61,373 nucleotides of DNA from Candidatus Nomurabacteria bacterium (GCA_943354975.1 CALRDS010000001.1:1-61373), one strand, 5' to 3'. Positions 1-8,555 are shown, numbered from the stretch's first letter. Notes: generated by a model from the sequence alone, not told the origin. A program made the numbers and translations.

Positions 1-216
1 GACCTAGGTCGCACATTTGTAAACTACATAGCTCAAACAGGTGAATACCCAAAAAAACTTTTAGAAGGATATGGTGATGGAGAAGAAATAGATGAAAAAG
101 CATTACATGCAGCAATTTTCATAAATATTGTTTATAAAATTCCATATCAACACCAAAAAGGTAGGGTGAAAGTTGTTGAGAATTTCCAGAATTATTTGTT
201 TCAATCTCAGGTCTAA
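1..216 (+). CDS. hypothetical protein, C-terminal fragment (start outside window)
   Basis: Frame 1 is open from base 1 to TAA at 214-216 (...VENFQNYLFQSQV*). No motif recognised. Confidence 0.4.
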   Translation, partial: DLGRTFVNYIAQTGEYPKKLLEGYGDGEEIDEKALHAAIFINIVYKIPYQHQKGRVKVVENFQNYLFQSQV

Positions 217-415
217 TCCCGTACTAGAAGGGTAGTGCTAAAAACATAGTCGTTGGTTTTTTGTTTGAAGGTAAATCACGACAGTACACCGTCAAAACTT
301 TACTCAAGATGTCAGCGTACTACATAGCATTCTTGCTATTAATTTTACATATCTAGTTCTGAAACCTGTTAAGGGTATCAAAAATAACTATTATAAAATA
401 TAGCTCCAAAAGTTG

Positions 416-486
416 CTGGGGTACAAGGACTCGAACCTCGATACTCAGGACCAAAACCTGATGTCCTACCATTAGACGATACCCCA
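416..486 (-). tRNA. tRNA-Gln (anticodon UUG)
   Basis: The reverse complement folds as a 71-nt cloverleaf. Acceptor TGGGGTA/TACCCCA, D stem GTCT/GGAC, anticodon stem TCAGG/CCTGA with loop TTTTGGT (anticodon TTG), T arm CGAGG-TTCGAGT-CCTTG. CCA is not encoded. Confidence 0.85.
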
Positions 487-521
487 ATAATATTTTATTT
501 TTTAACTACTCATTATTTATT

Positions 522-597
522 GTCCTGAGCTCAGGACCTCTATATTTATCGCTCCGTAAACTCCGCTAGCTGATGCCCTACCATTAGACGATACCCA
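522..597 (-). pseudogene. tRNA-Gln 5'-half remnant plus 16-nt perfect palindrome
   Basis: 570-597 repeats tRNA positions 1-28 (one substitution, one deleted C). 530-538 repeats the 3' strand of the anticodon stem. The anticodon loop is replaced by 31 unrelated nt, and there is no T arm or 3' acceptor. Palindrome GTCCTGAGCTCAGGAC at 522-537. Confidence 0.6.
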
Positions 598-781
598 AGT
601 AAACTAGTTATTAGTTAAATTTCAAATAACTATAAATAAAGGCTAGACAAACACAAGAATAGCATTTTTAATATGTTTTTACCATCCTAAATATTAAGCT
701 AATTCTTGTGTAAGAAATTAAAACTACAATGATATTTCAGATTTGTCGAATTTTCTCCTATGAAAAATAGTAGGAATATTT

Positions 782-799
782 TTCTCCACATTCTCCACA
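782..799 (+). promoter_or_regulatory. tandem 9-nt direct repeat TTCTCCACA x2 upstream of a sigma70-like promoter
   Basis: TTCTCCACATTCTCCACA. Each unit is one mismatch from the DnaA-box consensus TTATCCACA. TTGCAC (820-825), 18 nt, TATAAT (844-849) follows. Confidence 0.3.
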
Positions 800-884
800 T
801 GACACCACAGAAAGATTGCTTGCACGATGCGAAGTTATGCGGGTATAATCATATGAAGCTTATAAGACATTTAAATAAAATTGC

Positions 885-1136
885 ATGAAAAATCCTGGAA
901 GTTCAAGGGGTCACGTTTTTAAAATAGAAAAGACAACAACAGATGATGATGCCTACAGTGTTCGTGTCCCAGGACTTTCAGAAAAATTAACTACGCTAGA
1001 GATATTTGCTAAAAAGACATATGCTAGATTAAGCGAAAAATGTAGAACTGCAGAAGATAGAAATGTAACTGTAGCAGCAACGTTAGTAACAAATTTGACC
1101 CTTCGTGCAGCAGAATTTGACCCTTCAGTTTCATAA
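885..1136 (+). CDS. hypothetical small protein (83 aa), weakly supported
   Basis: ORF lies downstream of the 820-849 promoter. No SD and no recognisable motif. An antisense 65-aa ORF overlaps it. Confidence 0.3.
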   Translation: MKNPGSSRGHVFKIEKTTTDDDAYSVRVPGLSEKLTTLEIFAKKTYARLSEKCRTAEDRNVTVAATLVTNLTLRAAEFDPSVS

Positions 1137-1229
1137 ACATAAATTCGCAATAGGTTAATAACCTAGTTTGACAATTTGCTATTTCCATGAGAGAGTGAGG
1201 TTAGAAATACCCAGTATTTTCAAGGATTT

Positions 1230-1520
1230 ATGGCAATAATTAAGGATTTAAAAGAAATATTAGAAAATTCCAACCTAACTTCTGAAGAAGTTAGGGCCTT
1301 TGAATCTGGGTTGTCACTACTAACGAGAACTGAACAGGAAACATTCACATCCATTATCGAAAAAGACCCTGAACTAATTTATCCACTTTATATAAATTTT
1401 AAGGCGAAACTACGTGCAGCACGTGGTACAAAAGAAGATTGGGAACGTGCCATTGAGACAGAGGTTATACAGCTCGAGGACTACATCACAAAAAGAAAAT
1501 TTGGAAATGAAATAAAGTAG
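1230..1520 (+). CDS. hypothetical protein (96 aa, helical/charged)
   Basis: Clean ORF with protein-like composition. No family recognised. Confidence 0.5.
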   Translation: MAIIKDLKEILENSNLTSEEVRAFESGLSLLTRTEQETFTSIIEKDPELIYPLYINFKAKLRAARGTKEDWERAIETEVIQLEDYITKRKFGNEIK

Positions 1521-1550
1521 TCAAATTGTTACATGTTATAATTATGTAAC

Positions 1551-2090
1551 ATGAAAGCACTTGTTTCTAATCTAACGCTTATAGTTGCCAGAAAAGATAG
1601 TCGCCTGATAATAATTGTCTCTACTTTAGTTTTTCTCTTTTTGTTATTGCTTGTACAAAATGGCTCTCAAGCTCTTCAAGCACTTTCTTTTACAGTTATC
1701 CCTGAACTAGAGAGATGGAAACTGGCTCTTTCTACTTTATTTGATATATCTAATACCTTCACAGCTGGAACCCTTATCTTGGCGGTACTAGGATCATTTT
1801 TAGGTGGAATAAATATCTCACTTGCTTACACATATATGCGCATACGTGGCGAAATTATCGCCAAGAGCGGGCTCTATAGTGGAGTAGGGCTCTTCTTAGC
1901 TTTTATAGGAATAGGATGCGCTGCATGCGGTACAGCACTTCTTAGTGTTATATTGGGATTCTTTGGATTTTCTGCGATGTTAAATGTTTTACCTTATCAA
2001 GGAGAGGAGCTCGGTTATATTGGTATTATATTTTTATGTATAGCCACCTATACTCTTTCTCAAAAAGTTTCAGCTCCAGCTGTGTGTTAA
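1551..2090 (+). CDS. integral membrane protein with intramembrane CxxC
   Basis: Several hydrophobic spans, a GIGCAACG motif inside a predicted TM segment, and a C-terminal Cys. Family not recognised. Confidence 0.6.
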   Translation: MKALVSNLTLIVARKDSRLIIIVSTLVFLFLLLLVQNGSQALQALSFTVIPELERWKLALSTLFDISNTFTAGTLILAVLGSFLGGINISLAYTYMRIRGEIIAKSGLYSGVGLFLAFIGIGCAACGTALLSVILGFFGFSAMLNVLPYQGEELGYIGIIFLCIATYTLSQKVSAPAVC

Positions 2091-2106
2091 ACTTTCTTTA
2101 ATAATT

Positions 2107-2670
2107 ATGTCTTCACAAACGAAGAAACTACTAATATCAACAATAACTATATTAGTATTGGCGATTTCATATCAAGGAAGAGAATGGAATCTCTACGGAA
2201 CAGACCTTACAACAGAAAATACTAATAATATAGGAACTTTTTATAAAGTGACCAAAGTGGTTGACGGCGATACTCTGCATATAGATGTAAACGGTGTAGA
2301 CGAAAAAGTTCGTTTGATTGGAATAAATACTCCAGAAACTGTAGACCCTCGTACCTCAGTACAATGTTTTGGAAAAGAGGCGAGTAATCGCATGAAAGAT
2401 TTAGCAAGTGGAAAGCTTGTACGTATAGAATATGATGAATCTCAAAATGTACGTGATGTTTACAATAGACTTTTAGCATATTTGTACTTAGAAGATGGCC
2501 AAATGCTTAATCGCAAAATGATAGCTGATGGTTATGCTTATGAATATACCTATTTAACTCCATATAAATATCAAAAAGAATTCCGTGATATTCAAAACAT
2601 CGCTAGAACTTCCGGTAGGGGGCTATGGTCGGAAAATACTTGCTCTGGCAGTAAAACACTACAAAGATAA
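2107..2670 (+). CDS. nuc: secreted thermonuclease (staphylococcal nuclease/SNase fold)
   Basis: N-terminal TM/signal, then VVDGDTL...VRLIGINTPE...GKEAS...RLLAYLY...N..MI..GYA, the classic SNase pattern. Confidence 0.85.
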   Translation: MSSQTKKLLISTITILVLAISYQGREWNLYGTDLTTENTNNIGTFYKVTKVVDGDTLHIDVNGVDEKVRLIGINTPETVDPRTSVQCFGKEASNRMKDLASGKLVRIEYDESQNVRDVYNRLLAYLYLEDGQMLNRKMIADGYAYEYTYLTPYKYQKEFRDIQNIARTSGRGLWSENTCSGSKTLQR

Positions 2671-2672
2671 TT

Positions 2673-3278
2673 ATGGAAACCATTCGCGAACTTTTGGGTT
2701 TACTTTTTAAATTAGCAATCGCGATGATATTCATCGCTTTTGTGTGGTGGATAGTCACACTACTTTACCCATCACTTAGTCTACGAGGTTACTTGTCTAA
2801 AACAGAAGGTGGAACAGACTGGCTTCTGGCACCGAGAAATGTTGGCCTACTTTCTTCTTTGATGACAGCACCCAACGAAACCACAAACCTTTATGTTCCT
2901 GGACCAGCATATGATGGTTATGGACTAAATACCAAAGCAAATCTCGTTGAGTATAATCAGACGATCGCACAACCTACTGTTATTCGTAATCTTTCAATAT
3001 TTGAAGGTGGACACATATACACAGGAATATCATTTAGCGGAGAAGCCAAGGAGACAATATTTAGAGACGGTAAATTTCCGATTTTAATAGTCGATAATAA
3101 TGGAAGAATCGCTGGAGTATCCTATGCGGAACAAATAAATATGTGGGCGACCCCAGGTTGGGCTCGTTTCCAAGTTAAAGTACAAAGTGTTCTACCAAAT
3201 AGAGTTCAATGTAGTATGATTTTCCAATCAGCAAATCAACAACAAGTAAAATATATTATTCCCATAACTTGTAATTAA
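2673..3278 (+). CDS. hypothetical membrane-anchored/secreted protein
   Basis: N-terminal TM helix and a beta-rich C-terminal part. Starts 3 nt after the nuclease stop. Confidence 0.55.
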   Translation: METIRELLGLLFKLAIAMIFIAFVWWIVTLLYPSLSLRGYLSKTEGGTDWLLAPRNVGLLSSLMTAPNETTNLYVPGPAYDGYGLNTKANLVEYNQTIAQPTVIRNLSIFEGGHIYTGISFSGEAKETIFRDGKFPILIVDNNGRIAGVSYAEQINMWATPGWARFQVKVQSVLPNRVQCSMIFQSANQQQVKYIIPITCN

Positions 3279-3308
3279 AAAAGATAACTAAATTAGTCAA
3301 AATAAAAA

Positions 3309-3347
3309 ACCGGTGCCCCTACCCCTTGAAATTCAGGGCACACCGGT
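3309..3347. terminator. intrinsic terminator (functional for the minus-strand cassette, possibly bidirectional)
   Basis: Stem ACCGGTG(T)GCCC / GGGGCACCGGT, flanked by an A run on + and a T run on -. It abuts the stop codon at 3348-3350. Confidence 0.6.
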
Positions 3348-3611
3348 TCAATCTTCGCCCGCCGCGGCATCCTTGAGACTCCTTGAAACTGGCTTGGCGG
3401 TTTCAGACAATGGGGGTAACGTTCCGCCACTCAAAATGATGCGAACACTTTTGATTATTGCGTGTTTCGCGCTGTCATGTCTTTCTACCAACCCAACCAT
3501 TGTTGGACACCCAACAAGATCTTCCAGTTTATTCAAGAATGGAATCCCTATCAGGTTTTCTAGAACTCCCGCTGGGTCATCTGCGAAAAGATCAGCTTCA
3601 GATTCAGACAT
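3348..3611 (-). CDS. hypothetical 87-aa protein, GC-rich cassette A
   Basis: TTGACT (3665-3670), 17 nt, TATAGT (3642-3647). GGAG lies 7 nt before the ATG and the terminator is at 3309-3347. G+C is visibly above the flanks. No family recognised. Confidence 0.55.
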   Translation of the reverse strand: MSESEADLFADDPAGVLENLIGIPFLNKLEDLVGCPTMVGLVERHDSAKHAIIKSVRIILSGGTLPPLSETAKPVSRSLKDAAAGED

Positions 3612-3678
3612 GGTGTTTCTCCACGCTTAATGATTTATATAACTATACAACTATTGCTGATACAAGTCAATATTATTA

Positions 3679-4125
3679 CTAGGTAGTAAGTCTGTCAATA
3701 ACTGCTTTTACTACTGCTCCATCTGCTGTATCTCCTAACTCTTTCATCATCATTCCAATAAATTGTCCTTTCTTTGTAGGGTCAAGTGGGGACTCCGCCA
3801 ACTTTGCTTTTACCTTTGCCTCGATATCTGCTTCAGACATTTGTGTTGGAAGAAATGCTTCTATAACAGCGAGCTCGTTTTTCTCATCTTCGGCGAGTTC
3901 TGGTCGTCCAGCTGCAGTATATTGTTCCATAGAATCTTTTCTTTGTTTTGCTAAACGCTTAATAACCTTCATACAATCTTCATCAGACAATGGTTCTTGT
4001 GGAGGTCGTCCTTGTGCGACTAGTTCATTTGTAAACGCAGCTGAAAGCATACGTAATGCTCCTACACGCACTCCATCACGTGCAAGCATCGCTGTTTTAA
4101 TTTCCGACTTTATTTTTTCTTGCAT
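3679..4125 (-). CDS. yqeY: GatB/YqeY domain protein
   Basis: MQEKIKSEIKTAMLARD...LR.L......ELAVIEAFLP..MSE.E....V matches the YqeY family pattern. Confidence 0.85.
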   Translation of the reverse strand: MQEKIKSEIKTAMLARDGVRVGALRMLSAAFTNELVAQGRPPQEPLSDEDCMKVIKRLAKQRKDSMEQYTAAGRPELAEDEKNELAVIEAFLPTQMSEADIEAKVKAKLAESPLDPTKKGQFIGMMMKELGDTADGAVVKAVIDRLTT

Positions 4126-4168
4126 AGTTCTCTAATTTTAACATATTTTTTTATGCTAAACTAGGCAT

Positions 4169-5218
4169 ATGTCAGCTAGTTTTATCTACATTTTTGGGGT
4201 TATAATCTTTGGACTTTTGGTTATAATACTTATCCGTCAGAAAAATGTAGGGAAACGCGACGAAGACCAATCATTTCTCATTCTCCAAGACCAATTGGAA
4301 AAATTGAGAAACACTGTAGAAAATAAACTCGAGCGTTCACAGTCAGAACTACACCAAGTACTGGCTCGTCACAATTCAGAATCAAATAGAATCATCACGG
4401 AAATCACTCGTGAATTAACTGAAGTAAAAGAGGGGAATAAGCAGGTTTTTTCTATGACTGAACAATTGCAAAACTTAGAAAAAGTTCTGACTCACCAAAA
4501 GCAACGTGGAAACTTAGGCGAGGCATCTCTTGAGCTCATCTTATCTAACATGCTTTCACCCGGACAATATGAAATGCAATATCGATTTAAAGATGACAAA
4601 ATAGTTGACGCTGTAATTCATACAAAAGAAGGAATTATTCCAATCGATGCAAAATATTCACTAGATAATTACCAACGCCTAATGAATGCGACAGACGCAG
4701 AAGATACAGCGTACTACGAAACTGAATTCAAAAAAGATATTCAAAAAAGAATAGACGAGACTTCTAAGTATATTAAACCAGAGGAGGGGACACTCCCTTT
4801 TGCTTTTATGTTTATACCTGCTGAAGGTATTTATTATGATTTATTAATTAATAAGGTCTCTTCGGGAGCAGTGAATACTCAAAATCTAATCGAATACGCC
4901 TACAATAAGCGTAAAGTTATAATCGTTTCTCCAACGACATTTTACGCATATTTACAATCTGTATTATTTGGATTCAAAGCGTTCAAAATAGAGGAAAGTG
5001 CACAACAAATTCAGAAAAAAGTAGAAGACCTAGGACGTCATATCAGTGCTTATGAAAGTTACTTCAAAAAACTTGGGAATACACTTGGGACAACTGTAAA
5101 CCATTACAATGATGCTTATAAAGAATTAAATAAAATTGACAAAGATGTTTTGAAAATAACCGGGGAAAGTGCGGGAATAGAAACTCTCATTTTAGATAAA
5201 CCAAGTAACGACGACTAA
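4169..5218 (+). CDS. rmuC: DNA recombination protein RmuC
   Basis: N-terminal TM, a coiled coil, then GNLGEASLELIL...DAVI...IPIDAKYSL..Y...FMFIPAEG, typical of RmuC. Confidence 0.85.
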   Translation: MSASFIYIFGVIIFGLLVIILIRQKNVGKRDEDQSFLILQDQLEKLRNTVENKLERSQSELHQVLARHNSESNRIITEITRELTEVKEGNKQVFSMTEQLQNLEKVLTHQKQRGNLGEASLELILSNMLSPGQYEMQYRFKDDKIVDAVIHTKEGIIPIDAKYSLDNYQRLMNATDAEDTAYYETEFKKDIQKRIDETSKYIKPEEGTLPFAFMFIPAEGIYYDLLINKVSSGAVNTQNLIEYAYNKRKVIIVSPTTFYAYLQSVLFGFKAFKIEESAQQIQKKVEDLGRHISAYESYFKKLGNTLGTTVNHYNDAYKELNKIDKDVLKITGESAGIETLILDKPSNDD

Positions 5219-5246
5219 AAAATAAAACTCCGCCGTAGCGGAGCCT

Positions 5247-5591
5247 TCAAGCTTTCTCCTTTCGTTCTTTTTGACCTCTGTTGATTTTGTCCAGTCTTTG
5301 CTGTCTTTCTTCAGCCAGTGTTCGCAAATACGCGCGCCGAGCTATTTCTAATTCATCAACTTTCTTGGCTTTCTTTGTTTCCCTAGCTTCCTCGGTTTCT
5401 TTTTGTCTTTGGTCGTAGATCCATTTTTTCTCTCGAATCCAATCCTCGGCTATAGATTGTTTTCTAAATCTTTCTACCGCCATTTTGTGTTCACTACGTG
5501 GAATTAGGCTTTTGGCAATTAGGAACAGTGCGAAGGCAATAATGAGAGTTACCGCCACCAACTCCAGCTCCTCTATAATGAAATTAATCAA
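5247..5591 (-). CDS. small single-pass membrane protein with charged coiled-coil tail (cassette L)
   Basis: The track ORF is trimmed to the TTG preceded by GGGAG. TTGCCT (5647-5652), 17 nt, TATGAT (5624-5629). Terminator CTCCGC-cgta-GCGGAG at 5228-5243. Confidence 0.5.
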   Translation of the reverse strand: MINFIIEELELVAVTLIIAFALFLIAKSLIPRSEHKMAVERFRKQSIAEDWIREKKWIYDQRQKETEEARETKKAKKVDELEIARRAYLRTLAEERQQRLDKINRGQKERKEKA

Positions 5592-5673
5592 TTTATTCTC
5601 CCTTTTCGTACAATCAAGAGATATCATACACGACCTTGCATAATAAGGCAAAATACGGTATAATTTCCCAACT

Positions 5674-5991
5674 ATGTCATTTGCTGTAATCCAAACGGGG
5701 GGTAAACAATACCGCGTCTCAACAGGAGACGAAATCGCAGTTGAGAAAATCAAGGGTGATTATAAAGTTGGAGACAAGGTCACAATCGACTCTGTTGTAT
5801 TAAAAGATGACGGAAAAGATACTACACTAGGTGCACCTTTTATATCTGGTTCTAAAGTAGAAGCTACTATTACAGAAAATGGAAAGCTAGATAAGGTCAT
5901 GGTGGTACGCTACAGGGCAAAAAGTCGTTATCACAAGCGAAATGGTCACCGACAGCCGTATATGACGCTAAAGATAGATTCGATCAACTAA
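5674..5991 (+). CDS. rplU: 50S ribosomal protein L21
   Basis: MSFAVIQTGGKQYRV... is the canonical L21 N-terminus. TTGCAT, 17 nt, TATAAT lies only about 8-9 nt before the ATG. Confidence 0.95.
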   Translation: MSFAVIQTGGKQYRVSTGDEIAVEKIKGDYKVGDKVTIDSVVLKDDGKDTTLGAPFISGSKVEATITENGKLDKVMVVRYRAKSRYHKRNGHRQPYMTLKIDSIN

Positions 5992-6024
5992 AGACAAAAT
6001 ACTCCCCTCCGGGAGTATTTTAGT

Positions 6025-6651
6025 TTACCCTCTATGCTCCAACGCACTTTTAAAAGTATCCCTGTCTACGTACTCGAGCTCAAGGCCAGAAGAAAGCCCA
6101 CGTGCTAAGTTCGAAAGTGTAACTTTTTCTATCCCTACTATTTGTTTAATAGTTTTTTCAACATATTCTTTTGTAGTATCTCCATAATCCGTAACTGGAA
6201 GTGCAAAAATTACTTCTATTAATTTTTCTTCTTCTAGCGCCTTATGAATACGTCCTGTTAATTCTCTTATACGAATGAGTTCAGATGGTTTTTCAGTAAG
6301 TGGCGGAACTAGTCCTCCTAAAATAAAATATAATCCATCGTACGATCCAGTTTTTTCTACTGCATCCACGTCCAATTCTTTTTCTACAATCATAAACACT
6401 GAAACATCTCGTGATTCTGAGTCACAAATATCACACAATAATTTTTTGTTATTCTGACTTTTATCACCAAAGAATCTGAAGCACATATCGCATTGCTTAC
6501 CAGTAAACTTTAATTCTTCAAGTGCTTTAATGAGTTGTTCTTTATAGTGAGAATGTTCACGTAATAGAAAATATACAAAACGTCGTGCCTGTTTCGGCCC
6601 GATACCAGGGAATCGCATAAAGAGTTCGGTAAGTCTGTCTGTAGCATTCAT
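6025..6651 (-). CDS. recR: recombination protein RecR
   Basis: HhH FPGIGPKQARR, a C4 zinc finger (CDMC...CDIC), and a Toprim domain. Confidence 0.9.
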   Translation of the reverse strand: MNATDRLTELFMRFPGIGPKQARRFVYFLLREHSHYKEQLIKALEELKFTGKQCDMCFRFFGDKSQNNKKLLCDICDSESRDVSVFMIVEKELDVDAVEKTGSYDGLYFILGGLVPPLTEKPSELIRIRELTGRIHKALEEEKLIEVIFALPVTDYGDTTKEYVEKTIKQIVGIEKVTLSNLARGLSSGLELEYVDRDTFKSALEHRG

Positions 6652-6701
6652 ATAGTCAAATTAGTATAACAAATGTAAATAGCATCTATTTGAGTTATAA
6701 A

Positions 6702-6921
6702 TAAATAAGAGGCGACATTGCTGCCGCCCCTAGGTGACTGGAAATTTACCGTAGAAAAGGCAGATATAGCATGCCATTCCCGCGAGCTTCCACTGTATTA
6801 GAGTCGCCAGGCCGGAGTCGTAAATTCCGGGCACTTGAGGGGTGTTATTCCCACGGGCGTTACGGAAGCCTGCTTATTTTATTTGCGCCAATTTTCGGCC
6901 TTGTAACGGTATTATCCAAAC
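6702..6921 (-). ncRNA. unclassified structured RNA (~215 nt), 6S-like architecture possible
   Basis: TTGACG (6951-6956), 17 nt, TATTAT (6928-6933) directly after the dnaB stop. The body is GC-rich with nested pairings TACCGT/ACGGTA, AAGGC/GCCTT, GCTTCC/GGAAGC, CCGGA/TCCGG. Terminator GGCGGC-AGCAAT-GTCGCC (6711-6728) plus a T-rich tail. No ORF. Confidence 0.5.
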
Positions 6922-6960
6922 AATAATATAATAACATCTATATATGAATCCGTCAAATAT

Positions 6961-8394
6961 CTAAAACTCCGGAGTACTCATTGAAGGCATAACAAAATCT
7001 CCAAATTCACTTTTTTCAACTGGAAGAAATGATGTCTTCTTGTCATCAAAGAAGAGTTCTACTATTCCTGTCGGTCCATTTCTATGTTTTTCAATTAATA
7101 TCTGTACAATATTTTTCTTTTCAGAATCATCATTATATTTATCCTCGCGGTGTATAAACATGACCACATCCGCATCTTGTTCAATAGAGCCAGAATCTCG
7201 AAGGTCAGATAATCGTGGACGTCCACCACGTGACTCAACTGCACGGGAAAGTTGAGAGAGCGCAATAACAGGAGCATTAAATTCTTTTGCCAATGCTTTT
7301 AGTGAGCGAGAAATTTCTGTGACCTGGTTTACCATACTGTCATAATCTTTTGATGTACTCATGAGCTGAAGATAGTCCACTATGATTAGCCCAATCGGTT
7401 TATCACTATTAAGTCTTCTTAAAACACTTCTCATATTTAAAATAGAATTCGCCGCTTTATCATCAATATAAAGTGGAGCCTTCATGAGCTCATGCATTCC
7501 AGTTTGAAGACGAGCAAATTCATCGTCCAGTGTAAGACGTGACGTACGTAGCTTCCAGCCGTCCACCTGAGACTGAGCAGACAACATTCTATCTACCAAT
7601 TGTTCTTTACTCATTTCAAGAGAAAATATTGCAGTAGGGACGCCGAACTTCACCGCGGCATTACGAGCAAAATCAAGCGCTAAAGATGTTTTACCAACTG
7701 ATGGGCGTGCTGCGAGAATGATTAAATCTGATTTTTGGAAACCAGAAAGTTTATTGTCCAAATCTTTATACCCAGATGGCACACCGCGCAATTCTCCAGT
7801 ATTTTCTGAAAGCTTTTCAATTCTAGTCCATGTTTCTTCTATTAATTCTTTGAAAGCAATAAGACGGTGTGATGAATTTCCTTTGGTTGTAATTTCATAA
7901 ACTCTCTTTTCTGCTTCTTCTAGAATAGATTCTAATGGCTCAGATTCATCATATGATATTTCTGCTATATGATTACTAGCTTCGATTAATCTGCGTAACA
8001 ACTCTTTCTTACGAACAATGTTCGCATAATATTTTATATTCGCAGCTGATCCAACCAAGCCAAGAAGTTCAGAAAGGTACGGAGCTCCTCCTATTTGGTC
8101 AAATTCTTTTCTTTCTTTTAATCTGGCCGAAACAGTAAGCACATCTACTGGATCTTTTCTATTTACTAAATCTTCAATCACTTCAAAAATTACTTGATGT
8201 TTCGCTGCATAAAAACTATGAGTATTCACAATATCTGAAATTTCAAAAAGCATTTCAGAAGAAAGTAGTAACGAACCGAGTAACGCTTTTTCTGATTCTA
8301 AATCTTGTGGTGGAATACGTGGTCCACGAAGTGGATCTTCAAGTACGGGGCTACGGCGTCGCTTGTCATTTGAGAATTTTTCTTGTATTGCCAT
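6961..8394 (-). CDS. dnaB: replicative DNA helicase DnaB
   Basis: N-terminal PPQDLESEKALLGSLL. Walker A ARPSVGKTS, plus the SLEMS, DYLQLM and SQLSR motifs. Confidence 0.95.
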   Translation of the reverse strand: MAIQEKFSNDKRRRSPVLEDPLRGPRIPPQDLESEKALLGSLLLSSEMLFEISDIVNTHSFYAAKHQVIFEVIEDLVNRKDPVDVLTVSARLKERKEFDQIGGAPYLSELLGLVGSAANIKYYANIVRKKELLRRLIEASNHIAEISYDESEPLESILEEAEKRVYEITTKGNSSHRLIAFKELIEETWTRIEKLSENTGELRGVPSGYKDLDNKLSGFQKSDLIILAARPSVGKTSLALDFARNAAVKFGVPTAIFSLEMSKEQLVDRMLSAQSQVDGWKLRTSRLTLDDEFARLQTGMHELMKAPLYIDDKAANSILNMRSVLRRLNSDKPIGLIIVDYLQLMSTSKDYDSMVNQVTEISRSLKALAKEFNAPVIALSQLSRAVESRGGRPRLSDLRDSGSIEQDADVVMFIHREDKYNDDSEKKNIVQILIEKHRNGPTGIVELFFDDKKTSFLPVEKSEFGDFVMPSMSTPEF

Positions 8395-8477
8395 ACGCCT
8401 AATTGTACATGGCAGGGATAGGGTTGCACAAAAGAAATAACTGTTGTGGATAGGGGATTAGGGGGATAGTGGTAAAT

Positions 8478-8512
8478 AACTTCTAACTTCTAATTTTTAA
8501 TGTCTAAATTTA
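8478..8512 (+). repeat. heptad-periodic tract AACTTCT AACTTCT AATTTTT AATGTCT AAATTTA
   Basis: 7-nt period read directly. It sits just upstream of the -35 at 8521 and about 90 nt upstream of dnaB. Confidence 0.6.
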
Positions 8513-8555
8513 AAGATAATTTGCAAAAATCAGTAAAGTTCTATAGAATAAATAC

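Noticed and set aside
522-597. tRNA remnant as an intron-containing or split tRNA gene
   Set aside because: There is no T arm or 3' acceptor strand downstream of the 31-nt insert, so no cloverleaf can be completed. An intact tRNA-Gln is adjacent.
416-3680. Integrated prophage or genomic island at tRNA-Gln
   Set aside because: There is no integrase, no phage-like genes and no 3'-end tRNA direct repeat. The duplicated tRNA segment lies only about 85 nt from the gene.
3313-3682. Plus-strand ORFs 3313-3630 (105 aa) and 3458-3682 (74 aa)
   Set aside because: They are shadow ORFs of the GC-rich minus-strand cassette A. Only the minus-strand ORF has a promoter, an SD and a terminator in the right places.
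6702-6921. Identity of the 6702-6921 RNA as SRP RNA, RNase P RNA, tmRNA, or a cobalamin/TPP/ZTP/c-di-GMP riboswitch
   Set aside because: The diagnostic cores are absent: the GGAAGCAGC/GNRA helix 8 context, GAGGAAAGUCC, the tRNA-like end, the B12 box, and CUGAGA. Synteny with recR alone is not enough, so the RNA is left unclassified.
8478-8512. Heptad tracts as CRISPR arrays or microsatellite phase-variation loci
   Set aside because: The units are only 7 nt, imperfect, and present in 4-5 copies without spacers, so this is not a CRISPR array. The imperfection makes classical slippage less likely. They are therefore reported as an unexplained promoter feature instead.
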